Shown here one piece after another: positions 50,201-62,128 of a stretch of 64,000 nt of DNA. The notes under the pieces are model-generated. The model was given only the letters and a program-made list of their open reading frames with translations, was not told where the DNA came from and searched no databases. The position numbers were made by a program, and so were the translations under genes. The stretch lies in contig NC_047028.1 in the NCBI RefSeq assembly GCF_902652985.1, positions 10,416,001 to 10,480,000 on the forward strand, given 5' to 3'. Source of the DNA: Pecten maximus. Lineage: Eukaryota. Position 1 is the stretch's first letter. Each line of letters starts with the position of its first letter.

Positions 50201-52372
50201 GTCGATATATAACACAACTTTATACAATGTAACAACTGGATACTCCAGTATGGCACCAGACATCCCGCTCACGTAAGGATAAGTGGTCTGAGTACTGTGG
50301 TATTCAAAATTTATAAGCTCAATAAAATGGAAATATGTATAGTAGGATTAGCGTATAATTTAAGCATGGTCATGTTTTCATGTAGTTGGGTAAATAATTA
50401 TGTCTGTCGTTCATTTTTGCTGGTACAGCAATCTTGGTGATGATCATTAAGATACATGTATTAGCTGTGCTTTAGTCCTGATTGATGTAATGGAATAGTT
50501 TCAAAGTACATGTATGATATATGTCATCTTTAGATATATATGCGCTCTTAGATTCCGATGTCGGACTTCTAACCTGGGACACTTACATTTTATCCGAGGC
50601 CAATGATATTATATTATGTTGTTGCATTATATATTAGATTGATGTATTGTCTGACATTCCATTGTTACTTATGTTACTGTCAATGAAAAAAAACAGTAAT
50701 TGTGAAGAGCATTTAATAACAAATGATTTCCTGGTAAACAAAGAAGTATGGTCAATTCTGATGCAAAACTGAGTGAGTGTTTAAATTTACAGATCAGAAG
50801 GAGGTTTTTCCCTATACAATGTGTCCTACATATGGTACGGATTCATCGGGTTCTTCCTAACCTTGTCCATCGGTACCGTCGTCAGTCTGTGTACAGGTAT
50901 GTTTATTTAGACGATATGATGCTGTAAATTCGTTTCTTGTTGATGACCAGTCTTGTAAGCACTAATTGTGCCTAGATCTGATTGTAAGCTGAATGTATCA
51001 AGAAAGATTTTGAAGCGTGTATGATTGAACACTTAAGAGTGACCGTCTTTGTCCTTTTGTTGCTTATATACTATTTTCTGATGAATTGTGAAACTTTCGA
51101 AATAAAATTGAATTGAATTGGACTATTATACTGATAATATCGTTTTCTTACATTGTCTCTACGTTTTATTGACAAAATACAACCTAAACTATCCAGGAAT
51201 TTATTAGAAAGCTTTCAAATGCTTTACAATGTCTTGGCTAATACATAGGATATATCATCATGTGTCGAGCCCGAGAGTAACAAACACAAATGATGGTTCG
51301 CATAACAGTTGTGTTTTGTTACAGGCGGTGACCATGGCAGGCCTGTAGAAGCACGTCTCATCTTTCCTGTCTCCAGGAAACTTTTTGGTGTACAAAGATC
51401 TACATATGATGTAGCTCAAACGGAGGACAAAGTAAGTAAAACATAGCTTAACATATCAAATTCATAGTTGGCTATCGAATAGCCCTTACTTGCAGTTGTA
51501 TATAACAATCTACACCGCGCGCAGTGTTTTACCATATAAAGACTATTCTAATGCCAATACTGAAAAATAATAATATGTGATAACTAAAATGCATTGGTCA
51601 GATTAAAGGAAGCTAAAATTAGCATTTTGTATTGTTATGATAACCAAAATGCAATATTTACATTTGCTCCGCATTTCCCCATTGACAAAATGCTAAGAGG
51701 CAGTTGCCACCATACGCCTTTAACACCCAGTGCCTCAGGCTATAACACCCAGTGGGTCATGTGACATTAAAAAAGGCGGGATTTTTTTGTGTTGGTTTAG
51801 TTTTTTTTTCAAAGTTGACGAAAATGGTAAAACAATGTAAATATAAGTATTGAACAGTGGTTATAATGTTGTTATAGTCGATATGGCAGCAAGATGTATG
51901 GTGGGCAAATGTAGCATGAAAACCCTAACGGGTTCCCATGCCATTTGCCCACCATACATCTTACTGCTATATCGACTATAACAACATTAAAACCACTGTT
52001 CATTACTTAATTGGTCAGATAACAGGAAGCTAAAATTAGCATTTTATATTGTTTTCTAGCTATTTGCGTTTCTGTTTTGTCGGAGTAAACCTATATGTGC
52101 ATGACCTTTGTTTCCAAAATCATGGAAATTCACAGAGTATTATGCATTACAGTACTAACGGCATTGGACGTTTATGACACGTAACAGGTACATCACCATA
52201 ACAACTTCATTTAATGTCGCATTTAAATAGCAATCGTATAAATATGCTATCTGTTATGGTGCCTAACTTTTGTTCTCTTTTGTAGAATTTTCCACTGGTC
52301 ACCCATGACAAGTCTTACGAAGACAAACTACCAGGTCTTCTCGAGCATCAAGGAATGTCAACCTATCCGTAA
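41271..52372 (+). CDS. SLC5 sodium:solute symporter, SMCT/SMVT/NIS-like, paralog 2 (about 615 aa, 16 coding exons)
   Basis: Exons 41271-41624, 42017-42085, 42354-42405, 43415-43482, 43803-43883, 44317-44390, 45488-45625, 46094-46229, 46643-46731, 47495-47607, 48227-48297, 48777-48863, 50055-50272, 50793-50896, 51325-51431, 52286-52372. All GT-AG, total 1848 nt. Exon sizes match paralog 1 except exon 13 (218 vs 224 nt) and the extra last exon. Confidence 0.94.
42575..43115. mobile_element. Diverged inverted copy of the palindrome-bearing element at 28749-29137
   Basis: Ends CCACGTGTGGTATAAA (reverse complement of 28749-28764) and shares GTTAGCCAATCAAAATGC and GTGTGACCT..TTCTACCACAA blocks. 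Confidence 0.65.
43907..44055. repeat. 22-bp minisatellite GTAATACATATATACTGTAACT, about 6.7 copies
   Basis: Read directly; lies in intron 5 of paralog 2. Confidence 0.95.
49370..49833. repeat. 57-bp minisatellite, about 8 copies
   Basis: GTTATATTGATAGCAGTATAGTTAC at 49370, 49427 and onward; explains the 19-aa-periodic ORF 49279..49839. Confidence 0.96.
51844..52009. repeat. 166-bp near-perfect palindrome (MITE-like)
   Basis: TAAGTATTGAACAGTGGTT..GATGTATGGTGGGCAAATG pairs with CATTTGCCCACCATACATC..AACCACTGTTCATTACTTA. Confidence 0.9.
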
Positions 52373-54789
52373 TCAACTGTCGAGAATTGGATTACATCAC
52401 TGTAGCTTATTTAAACCATTCAAGTCAATATCGTGATTACATGTGCCTGCATATGTTATATACGGATACAAATATGTTTATTAAATTATTGAGCCATTAA
52501 ATATATACATAAAATGCGTGCATTTATATTTTATATTGAATTATTTTCTTTCAAAAAATGCATAAATACCCAGACTTATTTGATTTACGATACAGCATCA
52601 CATGTAAACTTTTCTTGGCTGATCGGTTGATGCACAATTTTCATGTCAGGGAAGACTTCGTCAACGATGGAAATGGATACGGAATACATTGGTATATACA
52701 AAATGTATAGAGGATATGCTATAACTATGTATGATATAATCAATTAGTATGTTTTAATCGGTACACAATGAATTATATATCATGATGTATGTGATATAGG
52801 CCGATAATATGTCTTCTGTATACTGTAAACTTTTATTGTTTTATTCTCCTGCATGGACCAAACTTTTGATTAAAGTCAAATTATCTGCGAGTAAACGTCA
52901 AATATCAACAAAGTATATGTGTTCGTGCTTTTTATTTCAAAAATACACATCCTGGAATACATTGTAAAAATCATTCGTCAACAATGGCAGCTGTCTGATC
53001 ATGGCTTTCCACATTTCCCAAAACCAATTAGGTTGTATATAAAGATAAACTTGACAAAAACATATAATATATGGATATGAATGATAAAACTACATCGTAC
53101 AGTAGTTAAATGTCGGACTAGGAGCATTCATCCATTGGCGCATGGGAGTAAATGTGACAAAGGGTAGGGACATGGGACATAGAAAAAATTTAACTGGGTC
53201 GAAATAGATGTTAAACTGTAGAATATATACTTCCCTAATTTGGGCAATTTGTGAGAAACTTTGTACATCAGATTATGTTAAACGAATGTCTGTGTACTAA
53301 AATGTTAGTAACATTCTCTAATAATTTAATTACGCTATAAAGGTAAAGAAGTGTTTGCTTTTACTACAGAATGTTAACAAGGGGTTGTTGTGTCGCAAAT
53401 TTAATACCTGCAAACTATATACTAAGACAACCACGAAATACTTGCCCCGCGAAATTTAACAATTATACAGTTATTTAAACCTGTATCATATTATTATCCA
53501 TAAACAGCTTAACCTTGCATGCAGAGTAACGTCAAATCGCGGGGCTATAACGATCACTTACTAAATAGATTATTTAAAAAGAAGAAAAGTCACTGCGGAC
53601 AACAGCATATATACTTCCACAAAATCGTAAAATAATGAAACGACAAAAATACTATGCGAGACAAAATTTGTTAAAAACTTCAGCTGATGCAGATACTTCA
53701 GTGAAATGTTTACTTTATCACGGCAATAATACATGTGGCACTGTATATCAGCAGAAAGGCCTGTACTTACAAAAACGCGTGGTTCCGTTTTAAAACCTTA
53801 TTGATTTTAAATTCGTCTCCGAATCGAATGCGTGTAACCTACAGAATTTTGATTTTAGTGTTTTCATAATCGAATATAATAGAATTCTTCGGCGAGTTGC
53901 ATCGCCCAAAATGTCGAACGTAAGCATATGTGCCACAACTGTAGGACCGTTATAGCATTTTAGGACATTCCAAATCAAACTAAAACTTCTATCATGGTCT
54001 GGGTTCAGATCATTACAAAGATGATAAATCAACAACAACGAAAAAAGGCTGAGAAAACCAAAAATCAAACGACGTGGGATATTTATAAATATTTAACATA
54101 TGGCAAAATTATAAAACTGTAAAAGGAGCGGCTTTTCACCTCAAACCGACACCTTTAAAATATTTATACCCAGGTTCGGTGATCTTGGGTCCGTCAGGGT
54201 CTTACATTCTGGGTCATAATTTGTACGTGAAGTCTGGCAAATAAACAATTCTGTCTCACACTCAACACACACATACTATATGACATCATGACAGTAGTTT
54301 AGTAAACTAGCGGCTACATGGCCATACTATAACGATAGTACACAAAACTACTGACAGTGAGTGTTACCATAACATAACGATGATTAGTCAGGGAGAGCTG
54401 AGCCAGGCAGTCCTATAGAGACTTTCTATCTGACTGGCTAACTACACAGGTGTACCGGCTTATATAGACAACCGCGGCAACCGCACGTGCAATATTCGCG
54501 CCAAATTACCTGTACTCGGAACACTTCGCGTTCAAATACAGCCGGTATATCGAACAATACAGTGGTAACTTGTAAGCAGACAGTCACCATATAATCTACT
54601 CAATAAAGTTTATAAATTCCTCAACTTTTACAAAACAATGGAATACATGGTCAAATGAGACTATGGAAAAGTTAAACTTAATAATGGAATATCTCAAATA
54701 TAATAATGGAATAAACCAAAAATAACAATGGAATGGCTCATATATATATAAATACGCAACAAATCCAATGCGAAAAGAGAATTTGATAA

Positions 54790-54862
54790 AGTTCCGGATT
54801 TGCCGACACAGAATTAGTCACCCACTCCTAGTTCCGGTGTGTGAGATCAAAGATGGCGACTT
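54790..54862 (+). promoter_or_regulatory. Housekeeping-type core promoter of ZC3H13 (ETS and YY1 motifs)
   Basis: TTCCGG twice (about 54793 and 54833) and AAGATGGCG at 54850-54858, within 130 bp of the start codon. Confidence 0.5.
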
Positions 54863-54918
54863 ACATGCGTCTGTTGTTGTTGTAGAAATGAACTTTGTCG
54901 ATTATTGCATCGCGCATA

Positions 54919-56174
54919 ATGAGTAAAGCTAAGCGCAAGGTTACAGTGGATGCAGGGAAGCCTGTACCAGACGAAGGCGAGAGACGAAAGCCGAGTGTGT
55001 TCGAAAGATTGGGGCCTGGTGCAGCAAGAAAACCGGCGTACAGCGAAGAACCTGATGTGAGAACAGTTTTTTTTTTTTTTTTTTTTAAATATTAAGTTAG
55101 CTAAAAAAAAGATAGATGTCTAGTAGATTTTATATTTAGAACAGTTTAAATTTATTTTTTAAGGGAAAGTGAAAAGTTATATAATTTTAAAGTTACGCCC
55201 ATAGTACTAGTGCTTTCAACATTAGTCTTACATATATATATGTGATTATTTTGTTTAAATTTTATTTCGCAGACTGTATAATATTTCATATTTAACTTGC
55301 ATATATGTTGCCAGAGAAGAGACAGGTACTATTCGAGTACTCAGGAAAAATGTCGGTACTGGTTACAAAATGAGGAATGTCCATTTGGCCCAAAGTGTAA
55401 ATTTGCCCATGGGTCATTCAAGAAAGGGAAATCATCAAAGTAAGTAATTTCAGATGTTGCAATAAACCATAACCCCATTCAGTAATATAATAATCACACT
55501 TTCAATGAAGAAAATTTGGTTTAATTTAGTCATTTCAGATGTTGCAATAAACCATAACCTCAGTCATGACAGCAATATCATAATTATCACACATTTCATT
55601 GAAGAAAATTGGGTTTAATTTAGACACCCAACTTTAAAAAAAATCATTGAATATAATCATATGTAAACATAGTAAAATCTGCTGTTACTTGTCCTTGTAC
55701 TAGAAAATCTGTAACTGATTTGGCTGTCTATATTCAACTATATGCCGTTAATGATGAGAATGTGCATATTATTAATCGCATGTAGACCGGAAGCCTGGGT
55801 TAAGCAAAGCTTTGTAGATTTTCGCCTTATTGATTAATTAAACATGTTGCATTTTTAATTGGAGGATAGAAAAACTAAATTATAAATTAAATTAAGAAGA
55901 AGTGTTAAATAATTAGCCATTTCATTCATGTAATTATTTCTAAGGAGAGATGATGACAGTTCTGATGAGCCGAGGTCAAGGGGTAAAAGTCGTCGGGAAA
56001 GATCAAGCGACCATAGTGACAATGAGTCTGTGGAGAGGAAAAAACGAAGTAAATCCAAAAAGGAGAAAGAGGCTCGCATAAAGTCTGCCATCGTCAAAGC
56101 ATCCCGTGGAGGTGATAGTGACCTTGAAAGTGACAGTTCAAACTCCTGGGTTCAAGAAGGAGAGACTTTATCCG
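54919..56174 (+). CDS. ZC3H13: Zinc finger CCCH domain-containing protein 13, 5' part (exons 54919-55056, 55315-55439, 55945-56174; gene continues right, beyond this span)
   Basis: MSKAKRKVTV...RRKPSVFERLGP matches the ZC3H13 N-terminus (human MSKIRRKVTV...RRPSVFERLGP). Exon 2 encodes CRYWLQNEECPFGPKCKFAH (CX8CX5CX3H); exon 3 is R/S/D/E-rich. Splice phases are consistent. Confidence 0.9.
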
Positions 56175-56979
56175 GTGAGTATTTGTTTTGGTAACGTGTA
56201 ACAGGGCCGGTGCAGGGGTTTCCACTACTCCTATAGTATATGAGGTCTTATTCCACCTGATTACTAGTGCTGTAACGATATATTGATACGTATCGATATA
56301 TGTTCGTTTTGTGCCGCGACACGATACATCGATACAGTCATCCCTGTATCGTAATATCGCCGGCATGGGTGCGGGTCCATGTAACACATTTGATACAGCG
56401 AATCGAGCGCGCCGAAGCGCACCGTCAGTAAAACGCTTGTAACCTGATTGTATGAAGTCGCCAATGCAGAGCGCCTTGATGATTGCGAATAAATATGGAC
56501 AATGGCTAACGCTGACAGCCATGTGTAATTCCGTTTAACTTTATCTCTATCTATATCTATATCTTAGTACTAAACCTCCTCCGACTTGTAAATCAAAGAT
56601 ATTCGTTGACATGAAACAAGTCAAAGGTCCACGGCACATGGAACTTACCTATCGAAGTAGAGTATTCAGTATTGCCGTATTCACAGCAAGATAAGCATTG
56701 AAAACCGAAAACCGTGGACAGGTTTAACACAAATAAAGCCGAAAACCACTATGTTTAAAAGCTGATAGCAAACATGCTACATGATGTATCGATAACCAGT
56801 TTATAATAAATGATCTGCGCCCTTTTCGGCAGTGGAAATGAATGTTTCCGTGAGTTGTAACTTGTTGCTTGTTGTTGACCCAAGGTATAACATTCAGAGT
56901 CGACAATGTTTATATTTGACATTTATTTAGATCTGTTTAATTCTACTGTTTTTATTAAAAATGTGTTCAATGAGTGTCA

Positions 56980-58276
56980 TTATCCCCTCGCGACGAAAGT
57001 CGGGGAGGGGATATAGCGTTCCGTTCGTACGTACGTACGTATGTTCACTTTTTGTCAGCGCTCTTGCGACTTCATTTTTGAACGGATTCTGACCAAACTT
57101 CATATATGGGTCCAGCATGGGAATACCTCGAACGAGTTCGTGTTTCAGGGTGCCAAGGTCAAGGTCACTGTAACTATTTATAGAAAATCTTTGTCAGCGC
57201 TCTTGCGACTTCATTTCTGAACGGATCCTGACCAAACTTCATATATGGGTCCAGCATGGGAATACCTCGAACGAGTTCGTGTTTCAGGGTGCCAAGGTCA
57301 AGGTCACTGTTACTATTTATAGAAAATCTTTGTCAGCACTCTTGCAACTTCATTTTTTAACAGATCCTGACCAAACTTCATATATTGGTCCAGCATGGGA
57401 ATACCTCGAACGAGTTTGTGTTTCAGGGTGCCAAGGTCAAGGTCAACGTTACTATTTATAGAAATTCTTTGTCAGCACTCTTGCAACTTTATTTCTGAAC
57501 GGATCCTGACCAAACTTCATATATGGGTCCAGCATGGGAATACCTGGAACGAGTTCGTGTTTCAGGGTGCCAAGGTCAAGGTCAGCGTTACTATTTATAG
57601 AAAATCTTTGTCAGCGCTCTTGCGACTTCATTTTTGAACGGATCCTGACCAAACTTCATATATGGGTTCAGCATGGGAATACCTCGATGAGTTTGTGTTT
57701 CAGGGTGCCAAGGTCAAGGTCACAATTACTATTTATAGAAAATCTTTGTCAGCACTCTTACAACTTCATTTCTGAACAAATCCTGACCAAACTTCATATA
57801 TGGGTCCAGCATGGGAATACCTTGAACGAGTTCGTGTTTCAGGGGGCCAAGGTCAAGGTCAGCGTTACTATTTATAGAAAATCTTTGTCAGCACTCTTGC
57901 GACTTCATTTCTGAACAAATCCTGACCAAACTTCATATATGGGTCCAGCATGGGAATACCTTGAACGAGTTCGTGTTTCAGGGTGCCAAGGTCAAGGTCA
58001 GCGTTACTATTTATAGAAAATCTTTGTCAGCACTCTTGCGACTTCATTTCTGAACAGATCCTGACCAAACTTCATATATTGGTCCAGCATGGGAATACCT
58101 CGAACGAGTTCGTGTTTCAGGGTGCCAAGGTCAAGGTTAAGGTCATGTCTATTGCAGTTCAGTGCAAATGACAACTGATGTTATTTCAATGTCCTGCAAT
58201 AACCCCACCCCCCATTTTGCGTCAGAGTTCATGTGTTAGCACGCGAGGGGATTTGTATTGTTTGCGATGCCTTGTT
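56980..58276 (+). mobile_element. Helentron-type non-autonomous element carrying a 139-bp satellite array, nested in the hAT element
   Basis: Subterminal inverted repeat ATCCCCTCGCG (56982) / CGCGAGGGGAT (58242); 5' hairpin; (GTAC)n microsatellite; ends CTTGTT. Confidence 0.8.
57051..58145. repeat. 139-bp tandem repeat, about 7.8 copies
   Basis: TTTGTCAGC at 57051, 57190, 57329, 57468, 57607, 57745, 57884 and 58023. Confidence 0.97.
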
Positions 58277-59489
58277 AAAACTTCAGATTGAACGTTAAAT
58301 ATTGTTTGATTTGTTTCAATTTATGACAATTTCACGTATACGCGATACGTATAGTATCGTGATGTTTGTATCGCAATACGTATCGTATCGTGACATTGTT
58401 GCCGATACACAGCACTACTGATTACATTGGTGGATATTACAACCTCATATCCCATCAGCGTGTGTTTCTTGTAGCTCCCAGCGCCCGATTCAGGGGTGCA
58501 ATAAAAAAAGTGTCATAACCATCTAAAACGATAATTCATGTTAACAACTATGTGTACACATATGCACAAACTTTATGGACACCTCTTAAATATAATCAAA
58601 TCCACAATAATTCACTTCTAACCTACTGTGTTCAAATATTGGGTCACTAAAACAACTTTGCGTTTCCAGTTATTATAAAATACGGAACACAAATGAAACA
58701 GATAGAGTAACGTAATATTTTCACAGCATTTTGTTTGTTTCGTCTATTTCAACTCCAAATTTAGATTAACCGGATATAACCCCGAGAGGTCACAATCAAA
58801 ACAAGTATGGCGGTATATAAATGGGGCCTACGCTTAAACAACAAGAAAGGCTAATAATCACTGATTTTGGATATAGATATGGACACAATATTGTAATTGT
58901 GTTTATTTATCATAGCTTAATTAGAATAATGTAAGTCACATCGTATAATATGTGAGTTATTATAACTTTTAAACGACTTTGATTAGAGGTGTCACAGCAA
59001 CAGGTTCTACGTGCAGTGATGATTAGAGGTCACATGACAACCTGTCAAAAGTTTCCTGTCGTGTTAACCTTTAATATTATTGGAGTAGGGTTTCCACATG
59101 TTTGAATGGGGTGCAAATCTTTGAATATTTCTTGAATAATCTTTTATATTTTAAACAAAAATATCCTGGTAGGCCATATTAACTCGGTAACTTACATTAT
59201 AATTAACAGTGTTCCAGCTAGGTCGGGTTAGCAGGGCGCGGCGCCCTGCCCCTAATTCAAAGTTAGAAATTCGCCCCGCCCCTTTTCCTGTAGTACTGCC
59301 CTTTTTCTAAGTGTCATTGATGCTCATTTTGCCTCGTATACTCTACATGTAGATCCGATTTGCTGAAGCCATGCAATATACAGTCAGTCAGTCACTAATT
59401 GGCCACCTGTAACACTAGTCCCCTTACCTGTAGACCCTTATCCACGGTACTGATGGACGCTGCCCGACGGTGTACCTAATGAGTGACCA

Positions 59490-60790
59490 GGGAGTGTCCA
59501 GGGACATTTTGCACGCCCAGGAATTCGTTATTGGAGATTTTTTGATTATTTTTTCTGTAACATACTTATGAGACCATTATCTAACACCGTGCAAAATTTC
59601 ACTTCGATCAAATGATTTAATAATACGGAAATGCACCTCTGAAGTTGCAGTGCAGCGTGCACTCGGGTGTCGAGGGACATTTTGCACGCCCAGGAATTCG
59701 TTAATGAAGATTTTTTGATAATTTTTTCTGTAACATATTAATGACATCATTATCTAACACCATGCAAAATTTCACTTCGATCAAATGATTTTATAATACG
59801 AAAATGCACCACTAAATGTGCATTATAGCGTGCATTTGAGTGTCCAGGGCGTATTTTACACGCCCAGGAAGCCGTTAATGAATATTTTTTGGTTATTTTT
59901 TCTGTAACATACAGATTATACCTTTATCTAATATCATGCAAAATTTCACTTCGATCAGACGAGTGCATAATACTAAATTTTACCATTAAATATTACGATG
60001 TTACGATGAAGTTGCCCTGTAATATGGCTGCGGTTGGCACATGAGTGTCCAGGGAGGTTTTTACACGCCCAGGAAGTCGTTGATTTATATTTTTTGATTA
60101 TTTTTTCTGTAACATACAGATTATACCTTTATCTAATATCATGCAAAATTTCACTTCGATCAGACGAGTGCATAATACTAAATTTTACCATTAAATATTA
60201 CGATGTTACGATGAAGTTGCCCTGTAATATGGCTGCGGTTGGCACATGAGTGTCCAGGGAGGTTTTTACACGCCCAGGAAGTCGTTGATTTATATTTTTT
60301 GATTATTTTTTCTGTAACATACAGATTATACCTTTATCTAATATCATGCAAAATTTCATTTCGATCAGACGAGTACATAATACTAAATTTTACCATTAAA
60401 TCTTACGAAGTTACGATGAAGTTGTCCTGTATTACGGCTGCGGTTGGCACATGAGTGTCCAGGGAAGTTTTTACACGCCCAGGAAGCCGTTAATTGATAT
60501 TTTTTGATTATTTTTTCTGTTACATACATATTATACCTTTATCTAACATCATGCAAAATTTCACTTCGATCAGACGAGTGCATAATACTAATTTTTACCA
60601 TTAAATCTTACGAAGTTACATGGAAGTTGCCCTGTATTACGGCTGCCGTTGGCACATGAGTGTCCCGGGAGGTTTTTACACGCCCAGGAAGCCGTTAATT
60701 TATATTTCTTTATTATTTTTTCTGTAACATACAGATTATATATTTATCTAACACCATGCAAAATTTCACTTCGATCGGACGAGTGTATAT
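59490..60790. repeat. Satellite array with two related monomer lengths (173/174 bp x2, then 205 bp x about 4.5)
   Basis: CACGCCCAGG at 59512, 59685, 59859, 60064, 60269, 60474 and 60679. Confidence 0.93.
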
Positions 60791-61469
60791 TATTGTATTT
60801 TGTTACTGAATCCAGCCTTCGATGATCACTTCATTGTCCAGGCCATTTTATATCTACCTGTGATCTGACAAGGTAGCCCGTAGCGCCGCCCACCTGCGGT
60901 GTGACCGGTAATTGTATTGGTTTACATAACAACTTGACATGTCCCTGTTAAATTGATCAATATAACATATTGCAACCCGGAATAAAATACAACTAAAAAC
61001 TTACTATTTCATCAGTTACGATTATTCTTTCAGTTTCAGTTCCGTAATTAGAACGTTTAATAACATCGTAAACTTTGAGTTCTAAAATGAATACGAAAAT
61101 CATACATTCCAAGTTAAATACAAACATTATGTTTTACAATATAAATAGTTTTAATGAGTGGCAAACCCGCGTGTTCGGCTAATCTAGCTAGACACTAGCT
61201 AGATAACGTACAATCAGAGGCAAAAATATATTGTTTTAGTATTCTAGTACAATTAACGACTTAAAAATAAATATAGCAATTATTTATTAATCTCCTGCAA
61301 ATCAAATAGAATATAACACATTATGACAGAATTAATTGTAACGTTATAACTCCGTTGCCATACCTGATAAATGTATTAAAATCGGCTATGGACTAATTTA
61401 ACATGCCCGTATTCTGGTTCGCCCAATAGGAGAAAGTCGGAGGTTTGATTTTTGCGGAAAGGTTATAAC

Positions 61470-61960
61470 AATGTAAATTGTAAATAGAAAAACAACCAAG
61501 GACCTTTAAGGGTCGTTCAAGGATTACCACACATATAATCAGGAGAATTAATTTTAAAATTTGCTCTGAAAAGGTCATAGTTAAGAGAGCTAGCACGGTT
61601 CTTCAAACGGCTTTGCAGTATTTTTAACATGCGGGAGCCACACACCAAGATGCCTTTATTACTGGACACTTCCTAGGTATATTTCTTTTAATGAACTTCT
61701 AAGTAGACGAATCCTTTAATATCTGGATCGTTCCAGTTTGATGGACGACGGAAAGAAGGAAATACGCATATTTTCTAATCGAAAGTTAGGTTGTCTCAGA
61801 TGATGGGAATATAAAATATTACGGATTTCTGCTAATCTTTCTGGCATGATGTCACAAAAAACATTTATATCTATACTATTTTTGGTAGAGAAGAATAAAG
61901 ACATTCTCTGCGTTTCTTCTACAAATCGGCAAAAGTTCCAGCCTGCGTTTCTTCTATAAA
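61470..61960 (-). mobile_element. CR1/L2-clade LINE, decayed 3' fragment of ORF2
   Basis: Minus strand reads ...RISFFPSSIKL... then GSRMLKILQSRLKNRASSLNYDLFRANF..., resembling the SFFPST.RLWN / H.RLR...SSLN.DLF C-terminus of these LINEs; disrupted by stops. Confidence 0.65.
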
Positions 61961-61989
61961 TCGGCAAAAGTTCCAGCCTATCACAAGGA

Positions 61990-62128
61990 GACTTAACACG
62001 AACACACCGCAGCCTCCCAAAACACACATACGCACTCACCCCACGCATGCATGTCGCACGCACGGGAGGCTGTCCTTAAATGATCTTAGCTGTTAATAGG
62101 ACGTTAAACAAAATAAATCAAACCAAAT
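61990..62128 (+). mobile_element. SINE 3' fragment
   Basis: GGGAGGCTGTCCTTAAATGATCTTAGCTGTTAATAGGACGTTAAAC followed by an (A)AAC-type tail, resembling bivalve SINE ends (from memory). Confidence 0.5.

Larger units (their letters stand above)
56265..58417. mobile_element. Non-autonomous hAT transposon with 8-bp TSD, in ZC3H13 intron 3
   Basis: Termini TAGTGCTGT...ACAGCACTA; TSD CTGATTAC at 56257-56264 and 58418-58425; subterminal CGATAC/GTATCG repeats at both ends. Confidence 0.9.

Noticed and set aside
57051-60790. Regularly spaced repeats that could be mistaken for CRISPR arrays, plus their ORFs
   Set aside because: Units repeat along their whole length with no unique spacers; the context is a eukaryotic intron and there are no cas genes.
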